Shown piece after piece: positions 6,519-19,779 of a stretch of 64,000 nt of DNA (position 1 is the stretch's first letter; each line of letters opens with the position of its first letter). Location: assembly GCA_963697335.1 (NCBI GenBank), contig CAVONQ010000005.1, positions 1 to 64,000 of the forward strand, read 5' to 3'. The notes below the pieces were generated by a model that saw nothing but the letters and a program-made list of their open reading frames with translations, had not been told where the DNA came from and ran no database searches. Source of the DNA: an uncultured cyanobacterium (GTDB lineage: Bacteria; Cyanobacteriota; Cyanobacteriia; PCC-6307; Cyanobiaceae). The position numbers and the translations under genes were made by a program.

Positions 6519-9273
6519 GGCTGGCCTCCATCGCAATCCGGGAGCTGTCGCTCACCACCACCCTGGTGAGGGTGGGCAGGCCGCCGGCCCGGGCCTGCAG
6601 GTACACCGGCTCCACATAGAGCAGACCTTCGCCGATCGGCACCACCAGCAGATTGCCCTGAATCACCTTGGAGCCGGCCCGGTCCCAGAGGCCGAACTGC
6701 TGGCTGATGCGGGGGTTCTGGTTGATCAGGGCCTGCACCTGCTCCGGCCCGTAGATCGGCAGCTGGCTGGGGAAGCGCAGCAGGGTGAGTTTGCCGTAGT
6801 GGGGCGCGTCGCTGCGGGCCGCCAGCCAGCCCACCAGGTTGGGTCGGGCCAGGGGGGTGAGGGGCTGCAGCAGCAGAAACTCAGGCTCCTTCTCGCCAGG
6901 CAGCTGGGCACTGGCGTGGAAGGGCTCCACCCGCACCTGCTCCTCGCCGTAGAGCTCCTTGGGCACCTGCCACACGTCGTCGCCGCTGTAGAAGATGCGC
7001 GGATCGGTCACGTGGTAGCGGAGCAGCTGGGTGGTCTGCACCTCGAACTGCCAGCGGGGATACATGATGTGCTCCCGGATCGCCGCCGGCATCGCCGTGA
7101 TCGGCTGGAACAGTTCCGGAAACAGCTTCTGCCAGCTGCGGATCAGCGGGTCGTCGGGCTCCGCCACGTAGAGCACCATCTGGCCGGTGAAGGCATCCAC
7201 CACCGCCTTCACCGCATTGCGGGCGTAGCGCAGTTCAGGCCGGCCCGGCACGGCGGCGCTGTAGGGATAGAAGGCACTGGTGGTGAAGCCATCCACAATC
7301 CAGTACTGGTGCTGATCAGCGCTGAACGGTGGTGAGCCATCCACCTGAACCGACACCAGGTAGGGGTCGGCTTCAAAGCGCACGAAGGGTGCCGCCGCCC
7401 GCAGCCGGTCGCGCACCTCGCGGTGCAGCAGCAGGCGGGTGTCGCTGGTGAGTTCACCGCCCACCAGCAGCTTGGGCTCCCCCAGATAGATCGCCGCCGC
7501 CAGCCGCTGCCAGCCCTGGGCCAGGGGCACCCCGGCACCGCCGCTGTAGTGGAGGTAGAAGTTCTCGTCGCCTTGGGGATAGTTGAACTCCTGCACCGCC
7601 GTCGGCGCCAGCGCGTAGGGGGAGGGCAGGGCGCCGAAGTAGAGGAAGGGGTCCCGGGTGGGCACCACCTGCTGCACATCGGCCTTGGTGATGCCCAGCT
7701 GGCTGTTGCCCTCCACCTTGGTGGAGGGGCCCAGATCGGAGATGAAGAAGTCGGGCAGGCCCTCGGGGCCGCTGGTGTTCACCGGCGAGAGCGTGAAGCC
7801 GTTGCCGTGGGTGAACACCAGGTGACGGTTCAGCCAGGTGCGGGCGGTGCTGGGCAGGGCGCCCTGGTCGAGTTCCCGGGCCGCCATGAACACCTGCTGG
7901 CGTCCCTGGCCCCCCTGGGAGCGCAGCCGGTAGCGATCCACCACCGGCTCCGAAAAGCGGTAGTACACCCGCAGCTGCTGCAGCTGGCGGTTGGTGGCCA
8001 GCAGCGGCTCACTGTCCCAGAGGCGCACATTGCTGAGGGTGGCCTCGCCGGCAGCGAGGTCCTGGCGCGTGAGACGGGCTCTAGGCACCCGATCCACGAT
8101 CGTCATGCCGTCGAGCTGGAAGGCCCGGCGGGTGGCATCGATCGAGCGGGCCAGGTAGGGCAACTCCCGCTCCAGCTCCTGGGGGTTCACCAGCAGGTTC
8201 TGGAGCAGGGGGCTGAGCAGCCCATCGGCCAGGGGCAGCAGGGGCAGCAGCAGCGCCAGGGCCAGGGCCAGCGGCGCCCGCCGTCCCTCCTGGGGCAGGG
8301 GCAGCAGCAGCACCACCGCCAGCAGCAGGGCCACCAGGGCGGCGGCGGTGCGCAGGGGCAGGGCCAGATGCACATCCAGCCAGCCGGCGCCGGGCACGCT
8401 GCCGGTGGTGCTGAGCAAAAGCTGGTGACGGGCCAGCCAGAAGGCCAGGGCGATCAGCAGCGCCAGCAGGGCCAGGGGCGCCCGCAGGGCCAGCAGCTGG
8501 GCCGGGCTGAAGCCGGCAAAGCGACCATCACTGAGCTGGGAGCCCCGCGCCAGCAGGCCCCAGAGCGCCAGGCAGAGGCTGGCCAGCACCAGCGCCAGGG
8601 CCAGGGTGAGCGCCAGGGCCAGGGCGGGGAAGCGCAGCAGCACGAAGCTCACATCGGCGCCCAGCAGCGGCTCACGGATGCCGCTGGGCTCAGCCACCAT
8701 CGCCAGGCTCCAGAAGCCCCAACCCCGCCCCAGCACCAGGGCCAGCCCGAGCCCGAGGGCACCGTGCAGCAGCCGCGCCCCAGCCTCGGGCCGGAAGCCC
8801 AGCAGCACCGCGGCCACCACCGCCACCAGCAGCAGCGGGCCGGGGCTGAGCCCCGCCAGGCCGATCAGGCCGTGCAGGCGCTGCGGGTCGAAGGGCTGAA
8901 AGGCCAGCCGGGCCGCCAGACCCCAGACCAGGGCCAGGGGCAGCAGGGCGCCCGCCAGCAGGGCGGCCAGCAGCAGGCCGTAGGGGAGCGTCGGCAGGGC
9001 CAGGCGCCCCCTGGCCGCACTGGGCAGGCTCCAGAACCACAGCAGCCAGCCCTGCAGCAGGGCCGTGAGGCCGAGGCCCAGGCCCAGGCCGAGCAGCTGC
9101 AGGCCCCAGCGGCGCAGCAGCACCGAATCGAGCGAGAACTGGGAGAACCAGCTCCACTCCACCCAGAGCCGGGCCGCCAGCACCGCAGACAGGCAGGCGG
9201 CCAGGAGCAGCAACGGCAGGCCGATCCTCCAGGGGATGGCCACGCGGGGCGCTGGGCGGTGGGAACGGGTCAC
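6430..9273 (-). CDS. UPF0182 family membrane protein
   Basis: N-terminal TM helices, NVRLWD, HLVFTHGNG, YWIVDGFTTS..YPYS, YARNAVKAVVDA, LLYVEPVYLQA. Confidence 0.92.
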   Translation of the reverse strand: MTRSHRPAPRVAIPWRIGLPLLLLAACLSAVLAARLWVEWSWFSQFSLDSVLLRRWGLQLLGLGLGLGLTALLQGWLLWFWSLPSAARGRLALPTLPYGLLLAALLAGALLPLALVWGLAARLAFQPFDPQRLHGLIGLAGLSPGPLLLVAVVAAVLLGFRPEAGARLLHGALGLGLALVLGRGWGFWSLAMVAEPSGIREPLLGADVSFVLLRFPALALALTLALALVLASLCLALWGLLARGSQLSDGRFAGFSPAQLLALRAPLALLALLIALAFWLARHQLLLSTTGSVPGAGWLDVHLALPLRTAAALVALLLAVVLLLPLPQEGRRAPLALALALLLPLLPLADGLLSPLLQNLLVNPQELERELPYLARSIDATRRAFQLDGMTIVDRVPRARLTRQDLAAGEATLSNVRLWDSEPLLATNRQLQQLRVYYRFSEPVVDRYRLRSQGGQGRQQVFMAARELDQGALPSTARTWLNRHLVFTHGNGFTLSPVNTSGPEGLPDFFISDLGPSTKVEGNSQLGITKADVQQVVPTRDPFLYFGALPSPYALAPTAVQEFNYPQGDENFYLHYSGGAGVPLAQGWQRLAAAIYLGEPKLLVGGELTSDTRLLLHREVRDRLRAAAPFVRFEADPYLVSVQVDGSPPFSADQHQYWIVDGFTTSAFYPYSAAVPGRPELRYARNAVKAVVDAFTGQMVLYVAEPDDPLIRSWQKLFPELFQPITAMPAAIREHIMYPRWQFEVQTTQLLRYHVTDPRIFYSGDDVWQVPKELYGEEQVRVEPFHASAQLPGEKEPEFLLLQPLTPLARPNLVGWLAARSDAPHYGKLTLLRFPSQLPIYGPEQVQALINQNPRISQQFGLWDRAGSKVIQGNLLVVPIGEGLLYVEPVYLQARAGGLPTLTRVVVSDSSRIAMEASLSEALEALLDPGRSTAATAVEPLNGSDGT

Positions 9274-9346
9274 AGGCCGAGGCTAGGCAGCCTGCTCAAT
9301 GCGACAAGCCCCCCGGCGCGGCTCCGCGGCCCAGACCCTGGAATCA

Positions 9347-9369
9347 ATCCCGATCTCAGGAGTCGGGAT
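9347..9369. promoter_or_regulatory. Palindromic operator candidate ATCCCGA-N9-TCGGGAT upstream of thrC-moaD
   Basis: Perfect 7-bp inverted arms in the divergent intergenic region. Confidence 0.5.
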
Positions 9370-9426
9370 AAAAGCGAGCCCCTGGAAGGCGCTGTTAGGG
9401 TGCCTCATCAACAACGGGCGATCGCT

Positions 9427-10692
9427 GTGACGGCCACCCTCTCCCGCTCCACCTTCACCGGTCTGCGCTGCAAGGAATGCGGCCACGCCTATGAAGCCGG
9501 TGCCCGCCACGTCTGCGAAGACGTGTGCTTCGGGCCGCTTGAGGTGGTGTACGACTACGAGGCGATCCGCAACCGCGTGAGCCGGGCCACGATCGAGGCC
9601 GGCCCCGCCTCGATCTGGCGCTACCGCGACTTCCTGCCCATCGAGGGCGACCCGATCGACGTCGGCACGGGCTTCACGCCCCTGCTCAAAGCCAACAACC
9701 TGGCCAAACGCCTCGGGCTCAAGAGCCTCTACATCAAGAACGACGGCGTCAACATGCCGACCCTGTCGTTCAAAGACCGGGTGGTGTCGGTGGCCCTCAC
9801 CCGCGCCAAGGAGCTGGGCTTCAAGACGGTGAGCTGCGCCTCCACCGGCAACCTGGCCAACTCCACCGCCGCCATCGCCGCCCACGCCGGCCTCGAGTGC
9901 TGTGTGTTCATCCCCAGCGATCTGGAGCTGGGCAAGGTGCTCGGCACCTTGATCTACAACCCCACCCTGATGGCGGTGCACGGCAACTACGACCAGGTGA
10001 ATCGCCTCTGTTCCGAGGTGGCCAACACCTTCGGCTGGGGCTTCGTGAACATCAACCTGCGCCCCTACTACTCGGAGGGCTCCAAGACCCTCGGTTACGA
10101 GGTGATCGAGCAGCTCGGCTGGCAGCTGCCGGATCACATCGTGGCGCCCCTGGCCTCGGGCTCCCTGTTCACCAAGATCCGCAAGGGCTTTGATGAGTTC
10201 ATCAAGGTGGGCCTGGTGGACGAAAAAGCGGTGCGCTTCAGCGGCGCCCAGGCCGAGGGCTGCAGCCCCATCGCCCAGGCCTTCGCCGCCGGGCGTGACT
10301 TCATCACGCCGGTGAAGCCCAACACCATCGCCAAGTCGATCGCCATCGGCAATCCGGCCGACGGCCCCTACGCCATCGACATCGCCAACCGCACCCAGGG
10401 CAGCATCGCCGCCGTGAGCGACGCCGAGATCATCGACGGCATCAAGCTGCTGGCCGAAACCGAGGGCGTGTTCACCGAAACCGCCGGTGGCACCACCATC
10501 GCCGTGCTCAAGAAGCTGGCCGAGCAGGGCAAGATCAACCCCGACGAAACCACCGTGGCCTACATCACCGGCAACGGCCTCAAGACCACCGAGGCCGTGG
10601 CCGATGTGATCGGCAAGCCCTACACCATCGAAGCCCAGCTCGACAGCTTCAAGGAGGCCTGGCGGCAGGCCCAGGCCAGCCACGCGGCCTGA
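9427..10692 (+). CDS. thrC: Threonine synthase-like PLP enzyme with N-terminal Cys motif
   Basis: GTG start; [18 protein letters not shown] (PLP Lys), [21 protein letters not shown]. Confidence 0.88.
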   Translation: MTATLSRSTFTGLRCKECGHAYEAGARHVCEDVCFGPLEVVYDYEAIRNRVSRATIEAGPASIWRYRDFLPIEGDPIDVGTGFTPLLKANNLAKRLGLKSLYIKNDGVNMPTLSFKDRVVSVALTRAKELGFKTVSCASTGNLANSTAAIAAHAGLECCVFIPSDLELGKVLGTLIYNPTLMAVHGNYDQVNRLCSEVANTFGWGFVNINLRPYYSEGSKTLGYEVIEQLGWQLPDHIVAPLASGSLFTKIRKGFDEFIKVGLVDEKAVRFSGAQAEGCSPIAQAFAAGRDFITPVKPNTIAKSIAIGNPADGPYAIDIANRTQGSIAAVSDAEIIDGIKLLAETEGVFTETAGGTTIAVLKKLAEQGKINPDETTVAYITGNGLKTTEAVADVIGKPYTIEAQLDSFKEAWRQAQASHAA

Positions 10693-10763
10693 AGGTTCCG
10701 GCACCACCCGGTGTGGTGCACCAGCCACCTCGTTCGTTCTCTCCCGTCCCCCCGCCACCCCCC

Positions 10764-11039
10764 ATGGGCATCCAGGTTCTGATCCCCACTCCCCTGCAGA
10801 AATTCACCAGCGAGGAGGCCAGCGTGGAGCTGGAGGCCTCCAGCGTGGACGGCCTGATCGAGGCCCTCGAAGGCCGCTTCCCAGGCCTCAAGGCCCGTCT
10901 CTGCGATGAAAACGGCAAGCTACGCCGCTTCCTGAACATCTACGTGAACAGCGAGGACATCCGCTTCCTCGACAACCAGACCACCGCCCTCAAGGACGGC
11001 GATGAGGTGTCGATCGTGCCGGCCGTGGCCGGCGGCTGA
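10764..11039 (+). CDS. MoaD/ThiS/CysO-family ubiquitin-like sulfur carrier
   Basis: [19 protein letters not shown]-terminal PAVAGG. Confidence 0.92.
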   Translation: MGIQVLIPTPLQKFTSEEASVELEASSVDGLIEALEGRFPGLKARLCDENGKLRRFLNIYVNSEDIRFLDNQTTALKDGDEVSIVPAVAGG

Positions 11040-12093
11040 ACCGCAGCGCCCGGGCCGTAGCCATGGCGGCAGTCAGGCAGTTGCCGTTGCTGCTGAATAA
11101 CGTCACTCAACGCAACGTTTCCGCCCTTTCCCGCGAAGCCGGCGGAGCGCCTACCCGGCCCACCCCATGACCCAGGTTCCCCTGCAGCCCCTGAGCTCTT
11201 CAGCGGGCCCCACGGCCAGCAGCACAGAAGCCTGCCGCTGGCAGGAGAAGGCCCAGACCTTCGACTACCGCCAGGCCGCCAACCCGATCCGCCGCGGCCT
11301 CACCGAGCCCATCCCCGATCACCACTGGGGGCCGGAGGTGCACCGTTCCGGCCCCACCGGCGTGATCCCCCTCGACATCAGCGCCACCCTGGGCTGCAGC
11401 GGTCCTGCCACCAGCCCCGCCCTGTCGGCCAATTTCCTGCGCATCCTGGCGGGCGAGGGCCTCAAGGCCGCCGCCGCCGCCACCAGCGCCCTCTTCTACG
11501 TGCTGCACGGCGAGGGCGAGCTGCAGTGGTGCGGCCGCAACCTGGCCTGGCAGCAGGGCGATGTGATCACCCTGCCCAGCGGCGATGCCCCCCTGCTGCA
11601 GGCCAGCACGGACAGCGTTCTCTACTGGGTGCACGACGCTCCCCTGCTGCGCTTCCTCGGCGCCGAGCCCACCACGCCGCGCTTTGAGGCCACCCACTTC
11701 CCAGCCGCGATGCTGGAGCGGAACCTGCAGGATCTGCTGGCTGACCCCAGCTCGGCCCGCAGCAACCGCCTCAGCCTGCTGCTCGCCAACGCCGACTGCC
11801 CCACCAGCCGCACCGCCACCCACACCCTCTGGGCCATGCTCGGTGTGGTGCCGCCGACCACGGCCCAGCGCCCCCACCGGCACCAGTCGGTGGCCCTGGA
11901 TCTGGTGATCGACTGCGATCCAGGCTGCTACACCCTGGTGGGCACCGAACTCAATGAGGACGGCACCATCCGCAACCCCAGCCGCTCGATCTGGGAGCCC
12001 GGCGCCGCCTTCGTGACGCCGCCCGGCCACTGGCACGCCCACACCAACGAGAGCGGGCGCATGGCCCGGCTGCTGCCGATCCAGGACGCCGGC

Positions 12094-13962
<1,869 letters not shown>

Positions 13963-14049
13963 GGGGGTCCGGCTTTGGCACGACTTTAGCGATTTGACGA
14001 AAGGCGAGACGGCAGCGGAGGATCCTTGTTTGGTTGTGAGAGATCTGGG

Positions 14050-14226
14050 ATGGCTGTCCCCAAGAAGAAAACATCGAAGGGCAAGCGCAACCAGCGCCAC
14101 GCCCACTGGAAAGCCAAGGCGGCCACCGCCGCCGGCAAAGCCCTCTCGATCGGCAAGGCCGTGCTGAGCGGCCGCGCCCAGGGCTTCGTCTACCCCATGG
14201 ACAGCGAAGAAGAGTCCGAGGACTGA
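14050..14226 (+). CDS. rpmF: 50S ribosomal protein L32
   Basis: [21 protein letters not shown]. Confidence 0.96.
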   Translation: MAVPKKKTSKGKRNQRHAHWKAKAATAAGKALSIGKAVLSGRAQGFVYPMDSEEESED

Positions 14227-15170
14227 GCCCGGCCTGGTTCTCCAGCGGCCGTGCAGCGAAGACAGCGGCGCCGGCCGTCCAGCAGCGCCACCACCGTGCC
14301 GGGCTGGGAGGCGAGCGGATCCTGATAGAGCCCGGGGGGCAGGCTGCAGAGGCTGGCCCGCACCAGGCGATCCAGGGCCTCGCCGTTCAGCCAGCCCTCC
14401 CCCAGGTCGCGAAGGCTCCTCCGTTGGCGGGCTTCGGCCTGGAAGCGCCAGCGTCTGGGCAGGCCCCAGTGCTGGGGCCGCAGCATCCAGACCTCCTCGA
14501 ACTGGCGCCAGAGGGGCTGGTAGGCCTCAAGAGCCCGGTTCCAGTGGGGCAGCCAGGCCCATTCCTCCTCCGTGAGCGCGGGCCCACCACCAGGGCCGCC
14601 ACCGCCCCGCTGGGCTTGCTCCAGCACAGCCGGGCCGAGCGGCTTGCAACCCAGCAGCCAGCCCTCCAGCAGCACGGCGTCGCAGGCCACGCTGTCCATG
14701 CCGGCACGGTCCCCCTCACCGCCGCGCAGGCGCTTGTCGAATCGGGGCAGTCGCCAGGGCTCCCCCGCCGCCCAACCCTCCAGGCTCTCCGCCAGCAGGG
14801 GCAGGTCGTGGCTGCCCGGCGGCACCCGGCTGACGCCGAAGGGATTGCCGGCCATGGCCCGCTGGCGCTGGGCCCAGGGCAGGTAGTAGTCGTCGATCGA
14901 GGCCACCCCCAGGCGCAGGCCGAAGCGGGGCGCCAGCTGCAGCAGAGCACGCCCCAGGCTGGTCTTGCCGGCCCCCACCGGGCCGTTGAGGGCCAGGATC
15001 GGCCGGGCCCCCTGGCCCACCCGCAGCCGCAGCCGCGCCAGCAGGGGCAGGGCAAAGGCCTCGGCCAGACTGGGCTGGATCGGCAGGGCTGCCAGAGCCT
15101 CAGCGGGCCAGAGCCGGCGCCAACCCTCCAGATCGGCGATGCCGCAGTGCCGTTGCAGCCAGGGATCCAT
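14190..15170 (-). CDS. Plant-type D-glycerate 3-kinase-like P-loop kinase
   Basis: [43 protein letters not shown]. Confidence 0.72.
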   Translation of the reverse strand: MDPWLQRHCGIADLEGWRRLWPAEALAALPIQPSLAEAFALPLLARLRLRVGQGARPILALNGPVGAGKTSLGRALLQLAPRFGLRLGVASIDDYYLPWAQRQRAMAGNPFGVSRVPPGSHDLPLLAESLEGWAAGEPWRLPRFDKRLRGGEGDRAGMDSVACDAVLLEGWLLGCKPLGPAVLEQAQRGGGGPGGGPALTEEEWAWLPHWNRALEAYQPLWRQFEEVWMLRPQHWGLPRRWRFQAEARQRRSLRDLGEGWLNGEALDRLVRASLCSLPPGLYQDPLASQPGTVVALLDGRRRCLRCTAAGEPGRAQSSDSSSLSMG

Positions 15171-15502
15171 CAGGTGCCGAGCTTGAAGGCCTCCAGCACC
15201 ACGGCGTACACCAGGCCGATGCGCAGGTTGTCCACCACCATCCACCCCAGCCCGGGCCGGTCCTGCACCAGCCGGCCCCGCAAGCGCACCACCAGCTCCA
15301 GCAACAGCACCAGTGCCAGCACCGCCATCGGCCGCCCGCCAGGGAAAAACAGCAACAGATAGCTGGTGAGGTTGCCGCCGGCATAGAAGCCGAGCAACAG
15401 GGCCAGCAGCACCACGCTGCGGTGACGCCAGTTGCCGCGGAGGCTGCCCAGCAGTCCCTGGGCCAGGCCCACACTGAACCGGTTGAAACGGGTCGGCTGC
15501 AA
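15170..15502 (-). CDS. ycf20: Ycf20/DUF565 membrane protein
   Basis: LQPTRF start, LLALLLGFYAG, DNLRIGLVYAVVLEAFKLGT. Confidence 0.8.
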   Translation of the reverse strand: MQPTRFNRFSVGLAQGLLGSLRGNWRHRSVVLLALLLGFYAGGNLTSYLLLFFPGGRPMAVLALVLLLELVVRLRGRLVQDRPGLGWMVVDNLRIGLVYAVVLEAFKLGT

Positions 15503-15513
15503 GGGGTGGGATC

Positions 15514-16251
15514 TCAGAGCAGGCTCTGCAGGTAGGAGAGCGTGATCCGCCCAGCCTGGCAAGGCGGCCCGCGGTGCACCACGGCGTCGCCGCCGAGGCC
15601 ACTCACCACGGCCCGGGCCGCCGCGAAGCGCTCCAGGGGCAAGGGGCGGCTGTAGTGGCTGAGGGTGAGCAGGCAGGGCACCCCGGCCGCCGCCGCCGCC
15701 GCCAGTCCCTGGGGGGAATCCTCAATGGCCAGCAGCTCGGCGGCAGGCCAGCCCAGGGCCGTGACGGCCCGGTGATAGGCCTCGGGATCGGGCTTCTTGC
15801 GCGCCACATCCTCGCCGCAGAGGCGCAGGCTGAAGGCCGGGCCCAGGGATTCGAGCAACTGCTGCTCCAGGCCCTGCAGGGCCTCGCGGCCGCTGGTGGT
15901 CACGATCGCCTGCACCAGGCCGGCGGCCTGGGCCTCCGCCACCAGCTCCGCCACCCCGGGGCGCAGGTCCAGGCCAGCGGCGGCCAGGAGGCTGGTGTAG
16001 TGGCGCTGCTTGCAGGCCTGCAGAGCCCGAACCCGCTCCGGCTCAGGGGGCTCGCCCTCCAGCTCCGTCAGGGCGGCCCTCAGCCGCTCGTGGCCACCAC
16101 TGATCTCGAGCCAGCGGCCGTAGTCGTCCTCCTGCCAGTGCAGCGGCAGCCCGGCCTCGGCGAAGGCCCGGTTGAAGGCCACGCGGTGGCCGTCGCGCTC
16201 GGTTTCGGCCAGGGTGCCGTCCACATCCCAGAGCAGGGCACGCAGGGCCAT
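15514..16251 (-). CDS. CbbY-like HAD-IA hydrolase
   Basis: WDVDGTLAETERDGHRVAFN, KKPDPEAY, IEDSPQG. Confidence 0.88.
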   Translation of the reverse strand: MALRALLWDVDGTLAETERDGHRVAFNRAFAEAGLPLHWQEDDYGRWLEISGGHERLRAALTELEGEPPEPERVRALQACKQRHYTSLLAAAGLDLRPGVAELVAEAQAAGLVQAIVTTSGREALQGLEQQLLESLGPAFSLRLCGEDVARKKPDPEAYHRAVTALGWPAAELLAIEDSPQGLAAAAAAGVPCLLTLSHYSRPLPLERFAAARAVVSGLGGDAVVHRGPPCQAGRITLSYLQSLL

Positions 16252-16312
16252 CGAGCCAGGGGGAAACGCCGGATGTCCACCAGAATGGCCCCCACCACCG
16301 CCGACGGCCCCG

Positions 16313-18217
16313 TTGCTGCCCCCGCTCCACGAGCAACGCTGGCACCTGCCCCCACCCCTGGGGGAGCTGGCCGATCCCCAGGCCCTGGCCCAGCTCAATC
16401 CCGCCGGGCTGGCGGCCCTGCCGGCGCCGCTGCTGACGCTGCTGGCCCGCCGCGGCCACCGCACCAGCGCGGCCATCGCGGCCCTGCTGGAGCCGCCCGC
16501 CGCACCCCCAGCCCTGGAGCACTTTCCCGATCTGGGCCAGGCCCTGGAGCGGTTGCAGCAGGCCTGCCGCCAGGGCGAGGCGGTGGCGATCTGTGGCGAC
16601 TACGACGCCGACGGCATGACCAGCACCGCCCTGCTGCTGGGGGTGCTGAAGCGGCTCGGAGCCCAGCCGCTGGCCGCCATCCCCAGCCGCCTGGAGGAGG
16701 GCTATGGCCTCAATCCCGCCATGGTGGAGCGGCTGGCGGGCCAGGGCGTGACGCTGCTGGTGACGGTGGACAACGGCATCGCGGCGGCGGCGGCGCTGCT
16801 GCGGGCTCAGGAGCTGGGGGTGGAGGTGATCGTGACCGACCACCACACAATCCCGGCCCAGGTGCCCCCCTACCTGGCGCTGCTGCACCCCCAGCGCACC
16901 CCGGAGGGCTCCCCGTTCCGGGGCCTGGCGGGGGTGGGGCTGGCCTATGTGCTGGCGGCGGCCCTGTGTGAGGCGCTGCGGCGCCCCGATGCCCTGCAGA
17001 TGGCCCGCGACCTGTTCTGCATCGGCACCATCGCCGACATGGCGCCCCTCAACGGGGTGAACCGCCGCTGGCTGCTGGATGGCCTGCCGCACCTGCGCCG
17101 CTCGCCCCTGGCGGGGCTGCAGGCCCTGCAGCGGCTGGCCGGGGTGGAGGAGGCGCCCCTCGATGCCCAGGCCGTGGGATTTCAGATCGCCCCTCGCATC
17201 AACGCCGTGGGCCGCCTGGGCGACCCCGCCCTGGTGGTGGAACTGCTCACCACCGACGACGGGCAGCGGGCGCTGGAACTGGCGCGGGAATGCGAGGCGC
17301 TCAACCGCCAGAGGCGTGAGCTCTGCGAGGCGATCGAAGCCGAAGCCCTGGCCCTGCTGGAGGCCGACGGCCCCCAGCGCAGCCCCTTTGTGCTGCTGGC
17401 CCAGGGCCACTGGCACCACGGCGTGATCGGCATCGTGGCCGCCCGGCTGGTGGAGCGGCTCGGCCTGCCGGCGGCCCTGCTGGCCGGCGAGGGTGGCGGC
17501 AAACTGCGGGCCTCGGTGCGGGCCCCGCGGGGCTTTGCGGTGGACCAGGCCCTCACCCACTGCGCCGACCTGCTCGAACGCCATGGCGGCCACCCCGCCG
17601 CGGGGGGCTTCACGGTGCGGGCCGAGCACGTGGCGGCCCTGCACGAGCGGCTCAACGGCCTGGCCGGCGCCTGGCTGGAGGTCCAGGGCGGCGGCCATCC
17701 GGTGGAGCCGGAGGTGCTGCTGCGCCTGGAGCAGATCGACCGCGACTTCCTGCACCAGCAGCAGCGGCTGGAGCCTTTCGGGATCGGCCATCCCCAGCCG
17801 GTGTACTGGAGCTCGGCCTGCCGCGTCAGCCAGCAGAAGCTGCTGCGGGGCGGCCACCTGCAGCTGGAGCTGCGCCAGGGCGACTGCAGCCTGCGGGCCA
17901 TGGGCTGGCGCTGGCAGGGATCGGCCGACCTGCCCGCCTGGGTGGATGTGGCCTACCGGCTGCGGCTCGATCGGTGGCAGGGCCAGGAGCGGCTCCAGCT
18001 GGAACTGGTGGGCCTGAGGGGCTGCGACGACCCCGAGAGCCAGGGGGAGGTGCGCCTGCAGCGCTGCCAGCGCACCTACTGGTGCCGACGCCAGGGTGAC
18101 GGCCTGGTGGTGCGCAACGCCGCTGGGGAGGAACTGCACAGCAGCACTTCGCCCGAACACCCCTACCTCCGCGCCCTGCTGCAGGATGCGGCCCTGGCCC
18201 TCGGTCTCGCCGCCTGA
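16313..18217 (+). CDS. recJ: Single-stranded-DNA exonuclease RecJ
   Basis: GDYDADG, TVDNG, TDHH, GTIADM, PRINAVGRL, GGHPAAGG; start uncertain. Confidence 0.94.
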   Translation: MLPPLHEQRWHLPPPLGELADPQALAQLNPAGLAALPAPLLTLLARRGHRTSAAIAALLEPPAAPPALEHFPDLGQALERLQQACRQGEAVAICGDYDADGMTSTALLLGVLKRLGAQPLAAIPSRLEEGYGLNPAMVERLAGQGVTLLVTVDNGIAAAAALLRAQELGVEVIVTDHHTIPAQVPPYLALLHPQRTPEGSPFRGLAGVGLAYVLAAALCEALRRPDALQMARDLFCIGTIADMAPLNGVNRRWLLDGLPHLRRSPLAGLQALQRLAGVEEAPLDAQAVGFQIAPRINAVGRLGDPALVVELLTTDDGQRALELARECEALNRQRRELCEAIEAEALALLEADGPQRSPFVLLAQGHWHHGVIGIVAARLVERLGLPAALLAGEGGGKLRASVRAPRGFAVDQALTHCADLLERHGGHPAAGGFTVRAEHVAALHERLNGLAGAWLEVQGGGHPVEPEVLLRLEQIDRDFLHQQQRLEPFGIGHPQPVYWSSACRVSQQKLLRGGHLQLELRQGDCSLRAMGWRWQGSADLPAWVDVAYRLRLDRWQGQERLQLELVGLRGCDDPESQGEVRLQRCQRTYWCRRQGDGLVVRNAAGEELHSSTSPEHPYLRALLQDAALALGLAA

Positions 18218-19554
18218 TGTCCCGCCTGCCCCTGCACCGCCACGACCTGGGCAGCCTGGCCCGGTTGGTCCTGGTGGGGGTGGCCGTGGGGCTGACCTGT
18301 CTGCCCCTGAATCTGGTCGACACGGCCCAGGCGTTTCTGCAGAAGCAGCTGCCGGCCTTCACCGGCTCAGGCTGGACGCCCCTCACCATCGCCATCGCGT
18401 CGTCACCTCTGCTGGTGATGCCCCTGCTGCTGGCCCTGCAGGCCAAGCCCATGGCCCATGGCGCCGGTTCAGGCATCCCCCAGACCCTGCGCAGCCTGGA
18501 GCACCCCGAACGGGCCGAGAAGCTGCTGGGAGCCAGCCCCACCGTCGCCCGCATCGGCCTCTGGAGTGCGGCCAGCCTGGCGCTGATGCCGCTGGGGCGC
18601 GAGGGCCCGGTGGTGCACCTCGGCGCCGCCATGGCCCAGTTCCTGCAGCGGCGCTTTCCGCGGCTGTTCAAGGGGGTACCGAGCCGCGACCTGATGGCGA
18701 TCGGGGCTGGCGCTGGCCTGGCCGGGGGCTTCAACAGTCCGTTGATGGGCACCCTGTTCGTGATGGAGGAGCTCACCGGCCGCTACAGCAGCTCCCTGGT
18801 GTGGCCAGCCCTGGTGGCCTGCTCGGCGGCGGCCCTGGTCAGCAACCTCAGCGGCATCCCGATTTTCCCCCTGGGTCTGCTGGGCGCCGCCATGCCGGAG
18901 TGGCAGCAACTGGCCCTGGCCGTTCCGATCGGGATGGGCGGCGGCCTGATCGGCGGCCTGTTTGCCCGCCTGCTGCTGTTCACCAGTGGCTGGCTGCAGC
19001 CGCGGGTGCGCAGCCAGCCGTGGCGCTGGGGCCTGGCGCTCGGGGCCGGGTTGGCCCTGCTGGCCCTGGGCAGCGGCGGCTGGAGCGGCGGTGATGGGGA
19101 GGCCCTGATGGGGCAACTGCTGGTGGAGCGCGGTCCGCTGCCGGTTCCTGGGTCCCCCCTGGGCCTGGTGGGTTGGATCCTGGTGCTGGCCTCGCGGCTG
19201 GTGGCCCCGCTGCTGGCCCTGGGCGCCGGAGTGCCCGGCGGCCTGATCGATCCTGCCCTCACCATCGGGGCTGTGTTCGGCAGCGGTGTGCTGGCCCTGC
19301 TCGGCTCCAGTGCCAAGGTGGGCGTGGCCCTCGGCATGGCCGCCGGACTGGCCGGAGCCACCCAGCTGCCGATGATGACCGTGCTGTTTTCGCTGCGGCT
19401 AGCCGGGGACCAGCAACTGCTGTTCGGCATCCTGCTCAGCGCCGTGCTGGGCGCCTATGCGGGCCGTCGACTGGAGTCCAGGCCGATCTACCACGCCCTG
19501 GCCGACCTGGACGGCGAGAACAAGGCGGGTGTTCAGAGCGCGCCGCGGCGGTAG
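18217..19554 (+). CDS. ClC-family chloride channel/transporter
   Basis: GSGIP, GREGP, GGLIDP motifs, multiple TMs. Confidence 0.9.
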
Positions 19555-19640
19555 AAGAGGATGAAGATGACGGCGGGGCCGGCCAGGGTGATCAGAGCCA
19601 GGGCGCCGAAGTTGGCAATCAGGTGAAAGTCGATGCCCAT
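19533..19640 (-). CDS. psb30: Photosystem II subunit Psb30 (Ycf12)
   Basis: [35 protein letters not shown]. Confidence 0.92.
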
Positions 19641-19779
19641 GGCGGCCGGCGCTGGTTGATGAATTGAGGGCGATGTTAGTCGACCTGCCCTGGGGCCTCT
19701 TGGCAGCCCAGGGGTCTGTGACGGGTTGTCATAGGTTCCAGGGGGGCCAATCCGTTGGCGATGCCCATCCAGGGAAGCC

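Noticed and set aside
7423..9426. 1089-aa ORF suggesting a large N-terminal fusion to threonine synthase
   Set aside because: The upstream part is the antisense shadow of the UPF0182 gene; the real start is about 9427
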